Below, piece by piece: positions 56,998 through 64,000 of a stretch of DNA of 64,000 bases. Position 1 is the first letter of the stretch; every line of letters begins with the position of its first letter. Source of the DNA: an uncultured virus (IMG/VR IMGVR_UViG_3300022555_003212) (taxonomy: Duplodnaviria; Heunggongvirae; Uroviricota; Caudoviricetes); the IMG/VR virus record IMGVR_UViG_3300022555_003212; one strand, written 5' to 3'. Position numbers and translations under genes: made by a program. Under the pieces are notes generated by a model. The model searched no databases. It was not told the DNA's origin and was given only the letters and a program-made list of their open reading frames with translations.

Positions 56998-57265
56998 TTA
57001 ATTTTTCAAGTTTAGCTAATCTTGTTATTCGCTTACAATCAAAGTATGTATGATGTACCATGACGGCATGGGAGGCAGTTGTATAAACTTGATCAAACTT
57101 TTTGAAATCACCCTCATCATTTTCAATCATACAACACCTATTTTCTATTCTGAAGATAATATAAGATTTATCGATAGTTAATCTTTTATCTCTTGCTATA
57201 TGAGAATTCTTCCAAATTAACCTATCCCCTACTTTATAAATACCCAAATCATTATATTCATCCAT
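56978..57265 (-). CDS. class B YKxGD..W family
   Basis: TRLAKLEKL. Confidence 0.8.
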   Translation of the reverse strand: MDEYNDLGIYKVGDRLIWKNSHIARDKRLTIDKSYIIFRIENRCCMIENDEGDFKKFDQVYTTASHAVMVHHTYFDCKRITRLAKLEKLNEKETV

Positions 57266-57376
57266 ATTTCATAATGCTTCGCCCCTTCAATCCCAGAATT
57301 TATCCTTAGAATTAATATGTAAAGATAATGAAATTGATTGAAATAAAAAACTTTTTCAATAATAATATATAGTGAT

Positions 57377-57733
57377 ATGATAACCAAGTTTAAACTTTTT
57401 GAAATAGTACATGGTCGTACAGATTTAGTTGATATTGATCTATTTAATCACACTATTACCCCCCAAAAAGATAACCCTCAGATTGGGGATTATTGTATTA
57501 TTGAAAATGGTGATGCCGAATTACAAAAATTCCTTTGCATGAACATTGGAAAAATTGTCAATGTTGGACCGCTAACAAATGTAAGTAAAAATGGAGTTAT
57601 TTGGTATGATGTTGAATATGAGAATATACCTGAAGGATATGATAAGATTAGATATGTAACCGAACTTTTATATTGGTCACGAAGTAAAAAAGAACTGGAA
57701 GCGTTCATAAGAGGTAAGCAATTCGATTTATGA
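57377..57733 (+). CDS. class A tagged protein (GDY family)
   Basis: TAATATATA 57363-57371; MITKFKLFE...KQFDL. Confidence 0.85.
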   Translation: MITKFKLFEIVHGRTDLVDIDLFNHTITPQKDNPQIGDYCIIENGDAELQKFLCMNIGKIVNVGPLTNVSKNGVIWYDVEYENIPEGYDKIRYVTELLYWSRSKKELEAFIRGKQFDL

Positions 57734-58048
57734 TAACTAAATATAAAATATTTAATTTTAAATCACAGCCAACAGTTGGAGATTATGCCATTTGCGAAAT
57801 AGATAGTTCTGGATATTTTGAGCCAAGAGCAATAGAAATGGCGCATATTATTAAAAATAACATTGGAGAAATAATAGACTATAAAAAAAAATCTAAATCA
57901 TATCATATTTCATACGAAAATATACCTGATAATTTAAAAGGTGGATGGTTTTTATCATTATATTTTTGATAGAGATGATATTAAATATTGGTCAAAGAAT
58001 AAAGTAGATTTAAAAAAAATATTAACACAACAAAGATTTGACTTATAA
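57730..58048 (+). pseudogene. class A gene, frameshift near 57955
   Basis: tail FDRDDIKYWSKNKVDLKKILTQQRFDL out of frame. Confidence 0.75.
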
Positions 58049-58053
58049 AATTT

Positions 58054-58371
58054 ATGGTAACGAAATTCAAAATATTCGAAGGAGTAGAGCATGATGTTCC
58101 AGAACAGGATGACTGGATTATATTTGCAAAATTTGGTCAACCTACTTGGTCTGAGGGGTTTTGCGATTTTTTGAAAAACAATATAGGTCAAATAATATCA
58201 AGTAGATTAACATCAAGTGATATAGTATATTTTATTCAATATGATAAACGATTTAATAGTAAAAATGAATTTAGTTTGGCAATTGAACATAATGAAATAT
58301 CCAATTTAATATGGAGTTCAGATAGAAAGAAATTAGAAAGAATATTAACACAAAGGCAATTCGATTTATGA
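58054..58371 (+). CDS. class A tagged protein
   Basis: MVTKFKIFE...RQFDL. Confidence 0.85.
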   Translation: MVTKFKIFEGVEHDVPEQDDWIIFAKFGQPTWSEGFCDFLKNNIGQIISSRLTSSDIVYFIQYDKRFNSKNEFSLAIEHNEISNLIWSSDRKKLERILTQRQFDL

Positions 58372-58769
58372 TAACAAAATTTATGATATTCGAAAGGGTG
58401 AATAACGGGGAACCATCCGTTGGTGATTGGATACTGCTTGACTATGAAATTGCCAAATTTTTCATTGGATGGGATTGTGTAGAGGACGAAGAATATGCAT
58501 TAAAGAATTTCGGTAAAATTGTCCGAATAGAAGATTCTGGATTGATCCAAATCAACGTAAATTCTCCAAACACAAAAATACCAATAAAGTCGTATGTTGT
58601 ACAATATGATAGAGAAGATGAAAATGGTGATCTTTTCGAACTCAATCTTGATGTGGTTAATCCATATCGTGATGGTTACATCAAGGATATAAAAGAATTC
58701 TTAAGGTATTGGGGCAGAGATAAAAAAGAAATTGAACGGGCTATGAAAGCCGATCAATTTGACTTATAA
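58368..58769 (+). CDS. class A tagged protein
   Basis: MITKFMIFE...DQFDL. Confidence 0.85.
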   Translation: MITKFMIFERVNNGEPSVGDWILLDYEIAKFFIGWDCVEDEEYALKNFGKIVRIEDSGLIQINVNSPNTKIPIKSYVVQYDREDENGDLFELNLDVVNPYRDGYIKDIKEFLRYWGRDKKEIERAMKADQFDL

Positions 58770-59129
58770 TTATATTCCAAGAAGCTTAATTTCTTCTGGT
58801 GATAATTTACTTTTGATGTTTTCCATTATCTCTTCTCGGTATTTACGATCTTCATCTGTAAATTTACCAAGTTTTTCAACCCTGTAGATAGCACCTTCCG
58901 TTGCGCATACCGCACCGTTATTTTTGTCTGTGAAGAAAACTGCTTTTTTTACAGTTCCATTTCCACCCCAAGCACTTTTGCCTTTAGCATCAATTTCAGC
59001 AATACTTTCATTTTTATATACTCCCATTAGAGATGTATAACTACTTTCGCTTGTTATCCATAATTCATACCCAACTACTTTGTGTAGTACTAATGCTTCT
59101 GGTAACTCCTCACCTTTTTTAATTTCCAT
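58770..59129 (-). CDS. untagged phage protein
   Basis: ends KLSPEEIKLLGI. Confidence 0.8.
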   Translation of the reverse strand: MEIKKGEELPEALVLHKVVGYELWITSESSYTSLMGVYKNESIAEIDAKGKSAWGGNGTVKKAVFFTDKNNGAVCATEGAIYRVEKLGKFTDEDRKYREEIMENIKSKLSPEEIKLLGI

Positions 59130-59466
59130 ATTCTTCTTCTTTTTTTTCTTTCATCCATTGGATGTAACAATATGCACCCCAACCACCCCATAGAATTGTC
59201 CATATAAGCGCAGAAGAGTTCATAGAATGAGTTATCGACATTGAGAATATGAGTATAGCCATTTGAATGAGGCATGTCACCAGAGCGATTATAAACTGCC
59301 ATTTATATGTTGATACATATTTTGGGGTATATGTTGGCAAACTTTGATTAAACATTTTACTGATTCTTATTGAATCTTTGTGAAGCTCTTTTCTTCTTTT
59401 ATCGCTGTAGACGATAAACACCATCATTACAACAAACATGATGGATGCGGCAATTGTTAGTATCAT
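59119..59466 (-). CDS. membrane protein (3 TM)
   Basis: three hydrophobic segments. Confidence 0.8.
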   Translation of the reverse strand: MILTIAASIMFVVMMVFIVYSDKRRKELHKDSIRISKMFNQSLPTYTPKYVSTYKWQFIIALVTCLIQMAILIFSMSITHSMNSSALIWTILWGGWGAYCYIQWMKEKKEEEYGN

Positions 59467-59477
59467 AGTATAAAAAT

Positions 59478-59633
59478 TTATTGATTAAAACGTTCCCATA
59501 TTTTATTCCAAAATCCACCAAGTAGCATCCCATATATCCCCGATATAAGTAATGATAACCACAGTGGGTGTACAAGCATTCCGATAATGAATCCGCCAGC
59601 ACCAGCAACCAAAATCATATTCAGCATTTTCAT
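59478..59633 (-). CDS. small membrane protein (51 aa, not in track)
   Basis: MKMLNMILVAGAGGFIIG...; TATCTTTG 59650-59657. Confidence 0.65.
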   Translation of the reverse strand: MKMLNMILVAGAGGFIIGMLVHPLWLSLLISGIYGMLLGGFWNKIWERFNQ

Positions 59634-59682
59634 ATTGATAATTGTTTTTCAAAGATACATAATTTTTTGGAGATTATAATGG

Positions 59683-59711
59683 GGTGCCAGATTTTACTCT
59701 GGCACCTTTTT
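59683..59711. terminator. hairpin/terminator
   Basis: GGTGCCAGA-ttttac-TCTGGCACC then T5. Confidence 0.65.
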
Positions 59712-59789
59712 AACTAATTCCCAAAATCAAAAATAATCCATTAGGTATTATATAAAAAGTTTGTATTAAAGTTGTAGGTTGGTTAAAAT

Positions 59790-60227
59790 TTATAGATCGA
59801 ATCTATTTGTTGTGATATATTGTTTGTAGTTAGCCAATGTTAATTGGGGTTCTATATTATCCTTTTTACTTAAAGAAATATCAAAATAATCATCATTTTT
59901 ATACGGATCACCATAATGATCTGATTTTGTAATATGCTGAAAAAATTTAAATATGCTTTTATATTCATCTTCTCTTAATGGTGAACATGTCACGTGAAAA
60001 TACTTATTATCTATAAATCCAATTATAATATGCTTATATATTCTTGATGACGATTCTTTCTCTTTAATAAACCCACCATCAATCACAAGTTTACCTTTAT
60101 CTATTGTATAATTATAGCTTCCAGTCACACGTTGGATAAAATCAAATATACTGCGACAAAAATTGAGAAATTCTGGGGTTGGCGATTCATCAAATATTCC
60201 TTCATATATTTCAAATTTAGTTATCAT
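59790..60227 (-). CDS. class A tagged protein
   Basis: MITKFEIYE...NRFDL. Confidence 0.85.
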   Translation of the reverse strand: MITKFEIYEGIFDESPTPEFLNFCRSIFDFIQRVTGSYNYTIDKGKLVIDGGFIKEKESSSRIYKHIIIGFIDNKYFHVTCSPLREDEYKSIFKFFQHITKSDHYGDPYKNDDYFDISLSKKDNIEPQLTLANYKQYITTNRFDL

Positions 60228-60553
60228 AAATCAAACACCTTTCCTTTCAGTAAAGATTTTAAATCTCTTATATCATCAGACCAATACATAATATCTTCTT
60301 TTTTAAATCTTCTGATATTATTTTCGGCATAAATGTTAAGATCATCTGGGATGTTATCATATTTAACTACAAATTCACCAAGCCCGTTACCACTCTTATA
60401 TTCTTTATACCCAATGTGGATAAGTTGACCTATATTTTTAGATAAAAAATAGGCAAATGGGTGAGGATCGATTTCACGACATATAACATAGTCATTTATT
60501 TCAGGTCCTGACACAGGATTTAATCTTTCATATATTTCAAATTTAGTTATCAT
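60224..60553 (-). CDS. class A tagged protein (DYVIC family)
   Basis: MITKFEIYE...KVFDL. Confidence 0.85.
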   Translation of the reverse strand: MITKFEIYERLNPVSGPEINDYVICREIDPHPFAYFLSKNIGQLIHIGYKEYKSGNGLGEFVVKYDNIPDDLNIYAENNIRRFKKEDIMYWSDDIRDLKSLLKGKVFDL

Positions 60554-60933
60554 AAATCAAATCTTTTTGTTACGATCTGTGGTATTCTTTCCAATTCACT
60601 TTTGCTGCTTGACCAATATTTAATATCATAATTATCAAAATTATCCCACCCGCCTATTAATGTCATTGATCCAGTAATATAATTCTGTAAAAAAGTTGGT
60701 GTTAAATATTTACTATTTAAATGGTCTGGAATACCAATATATTGAATTGCAAATGATGATCGATTTGGTATTTTATTTACAACTTGCCCAATATGTGATG
60801 AAATATATTCTTCAAATTCTCTATGACCTTCACCCCTATCAATTTCCAATATAACATAATCTCCAAATTCAGGAAAATTATCATCGGTTACTGAAGTATA
60901 TACTTTTTCGAATAAATATAATTGAGTTATCAT
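60550..60933 (-). CDS. class A tagged protein (GDY family)
   Basis: MITQLYLFE...KRFDL. Confidence 0.85.
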   Translation of the reverse strand: MITQLYLFEKVYTSVTDDNFPEFGDYVILEIDRGEGHREFEEYISSHIGQVVNKIPNRSSFAIQYIGIPDHLNSKYLTPTFLQNYITGSMTLIGGWDNFDNYDIKYWSSSKSELERIPQIVTKRFDL

Positions 60934-61391
60934 AAATCAAATTGCTTTGATTTTTTATATGCATCGTATGCCTTTGGTGTAAGCTTGCTAAGAAATCTTT
61001 CTTTATTTGATATTTTTAAACAAAATGAGCCATGCCCAACTCCATGGTCTGGCTGAATAACTCCAGTCTCAGCGAGGTAGTTAAGATATTCTAATACTTT
61101 TATAGATTCTCCATATTTACCGAAATTTGTGGTCATAATATCTAACCCGTCATTTCTGTAGAAGATATGAACCTTAATACCGAATTCTGTTTCTGGATAA
61201 ATATATGTAGCATCTCTAACCGTACTTTCATCCGATTCGGGAGTCTTTGTATCAACTTCACATGGAACAACATTTTCTATAAATTTGAAAAAATGCTTAG
61301 CTATATCATTAACAGTGCCAACCCTTTCATCGTGAGCACTAACTTTTTTTTCTTTTTCTTTCTCCTCAAATATTTTAAACTTCCTTATCAT
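60930..61391 (-). CDS. class A tagged protein
   Basis: MIRKFKIFE...KQFDL. Confidence 0.85.
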   Translation of the reverse strand: MIRKFKIFEEKEKEKKVSAHDERVGTVNDIAKHFFKFIENVVPCEVDTKTPESDESTVRDATYIYPETEFGIKVHIFYRNDGLDIMTTNFGKYGESIKVLEYLNYLAETGVIQPDHGVGHGSFCLKISNKERFLSKLTPKAYDAYKKSKQFDL

Positions 61392-61759
61392 AAATCGAAT
61401 TGCTTTCCTTTTAGTATTGATTCCAAATCTTCTTTATTATTTGACCAGTATTGTATATCATCCAATTCTGTACTATAAAAATTTGGATGATCACTCCCCC
61501 GCCAAAGATGAAAATAATCATCTATAAGTTCAACTGGAATAGTATCAAAATTATACTCAATAACACACCCCTTATTTGCTCTATTATTTTCATACATGTT
61601 TGCAACCCGACCAATGTGTGTTGTTATGTAACTATTTAAGGCATCAATATTTGGGAATTTATTTGCATTTACCCGCCCCATTGGTCCACAAATAACATAA
61701 TCGTCAGGGATTGGTTCGCCAATATTTATTTTTTCGAATATTTGGAATTTGGTTATCAT
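61388..61759 (-). CDS. class A tagged protein (DYVIC family)
   Basis: TAATATATA 6 nt upstream; MITKFQIFE...KQFDL. Confidence 0.85.
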   Translation of the reverse strand: MITKFQIFEKINIGEPIPDDYVICGPMGRVNANKFPNIDALNSYITTHIGRVANMYENNRANKGCVIEYNFDTIPVELIDDYFHLWRGSDHPNFYSTELDDIQYWSNNKEDLESILKGKQFDL

Positions 61760-61787
61760 ATCAATTATATATTAAATTGATAAACCA

Positions 61788-61831
61788 AAAAAGAAAATGC
61801 CAGACACACATTCGCAAGGTCTATCTGGCAT
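61788..61831 (-). terminator. probable terminator separating class B and class A operons
   Basis: ATGCCAGA...TCTGGCAT stem with U-rich tail on - strand. Confidence 0.55.
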
Positions 61832-61879
61832 AAAAAATAAAATGAATATAGTAATTATATTACTATTTAATGGTAAAGT

Positions 61880-62065
61880 TTATTCTACCTCACGAATTTT
61901 ATTTAGTTTATCTTTTCGTAGTTCAGCGGGTAACAAATTTCGTATAGTACAATTACCTATATCGCATTTAAAAACTGGATCATTCCAATGTAGATGCTGT
62001 TTTTTGCGCCAGCATTTAACTGTACAATCTTTATAATTTTCACAAATGAATAAATATTTATCCAT
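61880..62065 (-). CDS. class B Cys/His mini-protein
   Basis: LRKDKLNKI. Confidence 0.8.
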   Translation of the reverse strand: MDKYLFICENYKDCTVKCWRKKQHLHWNDPVFKCDIGNCTIRNLLPAELRKDKLNKIREVE

Positions 62066-62417
62066 TATCCCTGAATAATTTTTTAAGCTTCATTGATCGT
62101 TCCATCCGTATATTTCTGAATCTGCGTTTGTCAAACCACCCGCCAGTGTATCCGATCATTATATGCTGGTCTGATATTGCGGTAACAGTATATTCATGTT
62201 TTTCTTTCAATGACGGAGAAAATGAACTTGATGTACCTTCATAACAAATTTTGGAGAATATTTCTCTGTCTTTCACGGAAAATGATCGATATTCACCGTC
62301 ATCACACATGACCCAACAAGTATATCCCTCAATCTTAACTATACTGTATGCCTTTCCAACGGTAAAGTATGGTTTTGGGGCTTTAATGCATTTAATTCTA
62401 TCTTTTGTGTTGTACAT
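62058..62417 (-). CDS. class B C..FTVGKxY..DDG family
   Basis: ERSMKLKKL. Confidence 0.8.
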   Translation of the reverse strand: MYNTKDRIKCIKAPKPYFTVGKAYSIVKIEGYTCWVMCDDGEYRSFSVKDREIFSKICYEGTSSSFSPSLKEKHEYTVTAISDQHIMIGYTGGWFDKRRFRNIRMERSMKLKKLFRDNG

Positions 62418-62640
62418 TATTTTTTATTCGTTTAAGTTTTTCTATTCGTGTAATATCTTTAAAATGAAACAATGCCTTATTAAGATTAACTTCTGAAAAG
62501 TGTATAATAACCCCAGAATCGTCAAGAAAGTAATAAATTCCTTTATCAATTTTTGTGATAATATACATCCTACCAACAGTTATTCTGTGTTGATCTTTTA
62601 TAGGCTTGATATATTTTATTACTGACCCAACCGTGAACAT
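62398..62640 (-). CDS. class B ITVGxxY..DDxG family
   Basis: TRIEKLKRI. Confidence 0.8.
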   Translation of the reverse strand: MFTVGSVIKYIKPIKDQHRITVGRMYIITKIDKGIYYFLDDSGVIIHFSEVNLNKALFHFKDITRIEKLKRIKNNVQHKR

Positions 62641-62876
62641 ATTTTTTTAAGTTTTTCTCTTCTTGTTGTTTTAACACATTCAAAATATTTATCAACATTA
62701 TCGAATTGAACTGCCCTTTTTTGTCCATCATCAGCAATCGCCCAATATGCGCCAGAATGAATATCTACAATCGGATATAGTCTATTTAATGATGTTAGAT
62801 AATTAGGTCCATCGTCCATATCTAAGTATACACATCTTAAAACATCTCCAACTTTATATTTTGGTACAGGAGTCAT
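62619..62876 (-). CDS. class B GDxxxC family
   Basis: TRREKLKKI. Confidence 0.8.
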   Translation of the reverse strand: MTPVPKYKVGDVLRCVYLDMDDGPNYLTSLNRLYPIVDIHSGAYWAIADDGQKRAVQFDNVDKYFECVKTTRREKLKKICSRLGQ

Positions 62877-63144
62877 TTAGCATTTTTAATTTTAATTTTC
62901 TGATTCCATTTTTTGAACAATCAAAATAATTATAGATATTCGGCAAATTCTTTTTTCCGCCCACCGTGGTAAATCTTTGAGATGAACGATGATCACCTAA
63001 TATTGTATAATAAGTTTCTTTCCACCCTTTATACCACGTAAACACTTCATAAACTTCACCTTTTGTAAAATGTGGATATGACCATGATCGTTTGAGTGAT
63101 TTTTTACAAAGCAGCACTTTTGTATTTAATGGGTTCATTTCCAT
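62854..63144 (-). CDS. class B LCKK..FTKG family
   Basis: IRKLKLKML. Confidence 0.8.
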   Translation of the reverse strand: MEMNPLNTKVLLCKKSLKRSWSYPHFTKGEVYEVFTWYKGWKETYYTILGDHRSSQRFTTVGGKKNLPNIYNYFDCSKNGIRKLKLKMLNDSCTKI

Positions 63145-63311
63145 ATTTGCCTGAGTTTTTTCTTACGATCATTACGAACTTCTTGAGCATTAGATATCTT
63201 TCTTGCTGAATCTTTGAGTTTTTCATACTGCTGTTCACTTAGAACCATATATCCATTCTTATTTGTTTTTAAATCAAATACCTGAATATTATAAACTTTT
63301 TTAGGACCCAT
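63135..63311 (-). CDS. class B small protein (58 aa, not in track)
   Basis: MGPKKVY...DRKKKLRQI. Confidence 0.7.
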   Translation of the reverse strand: MGPKKVYNIQVFDLKTNKNGYMVLSEQQYEKLKDSARKISNAQEVRNDRKKKLRQIWK

Positions 63312-63645
63312 TATGTGTTATTTTTTTAAGTTTCATTTTCCGTATAGCGACATCAGTTTCAAACCACAGGCAAATACCACAACCATCGATTAGATCATGC
63401 TCTTGATTGAAGTTGTCCGTAATAAAAGCAGTCCATCCGACAACATTCCTTGCTTTATAAAGTTGCTTTGGAAAAACACGATATTTTTTACCTACCGTAT
63501 GACGTGGTCCGACATCTTTATCAAATGTTCCACCAATCCGATCATTCATAAAGTTAGCCCTAATACAAACCAATTGTTTAATTTTACCTTCTATAATAAG
63601 ATTAATCAACTCATGATCTCTCACTTGAATTTCACTTTCTTTCAT
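63301..63645 (-). CDS. class B C..TVGKKY family
   Basis: IRKMKLKKI. Confidence 0.8.
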   Translation of the reverse strand: MKESEIQVRDHELINLIIEGKIKQLVCIRANFMNDRIGGTFDKDVGPRHTVGKKYRVFPKQLYKARNVVGWTAFITDNFNQEHDLIDGCGICLWFETDVAIRKMKLKKITHNGS

Positions 63646-63949
63646 CTAATTTTTTAAGCTTATCCTTTCTTAAACGTATTATGACACCTTTCATAAACGT
63701 GTAAATTTCGCCAACATATTTTTGCTCAGCCATATCATAGTTATCTGGTAAGTTGTCTACAAAATGGATAAAATGTTTATAAACAACTTCATGATCTTTT
63801 ATCCCATATCGGCAATAAATATCCAGCATAACTGGTAAATACCCGCTGTTTTTCAAATCTAATTTAATATGCCTTATTCTTTCTGCTGTGGTTATAATAG
63901 GGGTTGTGTTCAAATGATCATCGCAAGGAAAGCTATATGTAACAATCAA
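63632..63949 (-). CDS. class B protein
   Basis: LRKDKLKKL. Confidence 0.75.
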   Translation of the reverse strand: MIVTYSFPCDDHLNTTPIITTAERIRHIKLDLKNSGYLPVMLDIYCRYGIKDHEVVYKHFIHFVDNLPDNYDMAEQKYVGEIYTFMKGVIIRLRKDKLKKLDERK

Positions 63950-64000
63950 TCTTTCAGCATATACTGCGATTTCTTCATCTGTTGGTAAAACCTTTCGATT

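Larger units (their letters stand above)
28337..57265 (-). other. Class B array: about 85 short overlapping genes with RKxKLxx[L/I] tail
   Basis: Motif present near the C-terminus of most ORFs; stop/start overlaps mostly 1-38 nt. Confidence 0.95.

Noticed and set aside
522..61759. FDL as a canonical sliding-clamp motif (QL[SD]LF or T4 SLDFL) or SSB tail
   Set aside because: Residue order and spacing do not match, and the motif is strictly terminal with basic rather than acidic context; not excluded but unsupported.
1547..63657. Antisense/alternate-frame ORFs in the track (e.g. 2969, 7676, 14631, 25804, 31162, 33796, 55770, 61167, 63397)
   Set aside because: They shadow tagged or motif-bearing genes and have the F/I/S-rich composition of reverse-strand reads.
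28337..63949. RKLKLKK as a eukaryotic nuclear localisation signal (giant virus origin)
   Set aside because: Overlapping operonic genes, intrinsic terminators and Bacteroidota promoters indicate a bacteriophage.
1..64000. Alternative genetic code (TAG or TGA recoding) as the cause of short ORFs
   Set aside because: ORFs end exactly at conserved tags with TGA, TAA or TAG and the next gene starts in a different frame; coding density is already high in code 11.
1..64000. Diversity-generating retroelement behind payload variability
   Set aside because: No reverse transcriptase and no template/variable repeat pair differing only at adenines was seen.
1..64000. tRNA or rRNA genes
   Set aside because: No cloverleaf with T-loop GTTCRA context or rRNA-like segment found in the intergenic gaps by eye.

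Overview
AT-rich, gene-dense segment that reads as the accessory region of a large (jumbo-type) phage with T4-like head biology and a Bacteroidota host. Evidence: TAnnTTTG -7 promoters, no Shine-Dalgarno motifs, a gp23-like capsid fragment, and HNH/LAGLIDADG nucleases. No core replication or structural operon, tRNA or CRISPR array is visible. The window is mostly two very large arrays of short, translationally coupled genes with highly divergent bodies but conserved terminal peptides. Class A (about 58 genes and remnants; 0.5-23 kb, 43.4 kb, 57-62 kb) ends exactly in [R/Q]FDL-stop. Most class A genes also begin with an 8-9 aa tag ending in Glu (MITKFKLFE / MKYLKLFE), resembling the T4 internal-protein capsid-targeting sequence. 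Class B (about 95 genes; 28-57 kb, 62-64 kb, almost all minus strand) carries a near-C-terminal basic helix R-K-x-K-L-x-x-[L/I]. The N-tag follows promoter type: tagged operons start just after TAATATATA, untagged ones after TAnnTTTG. Neighbouring genes share identical junction DNA, and tag-only remnants occur, pointing to a modular, recombination-shuffled library of tagged effectors. Between the arrays (23.5-30 kb) lie two homing-type nucleases, GCAC-N6/7-GTGC repeats, a strand-skew switch and an A-tract-free / GC-run / phased A-tract element (candidate origin and packaging site). All functions are inferences from motifs read by eye; counts are manual.
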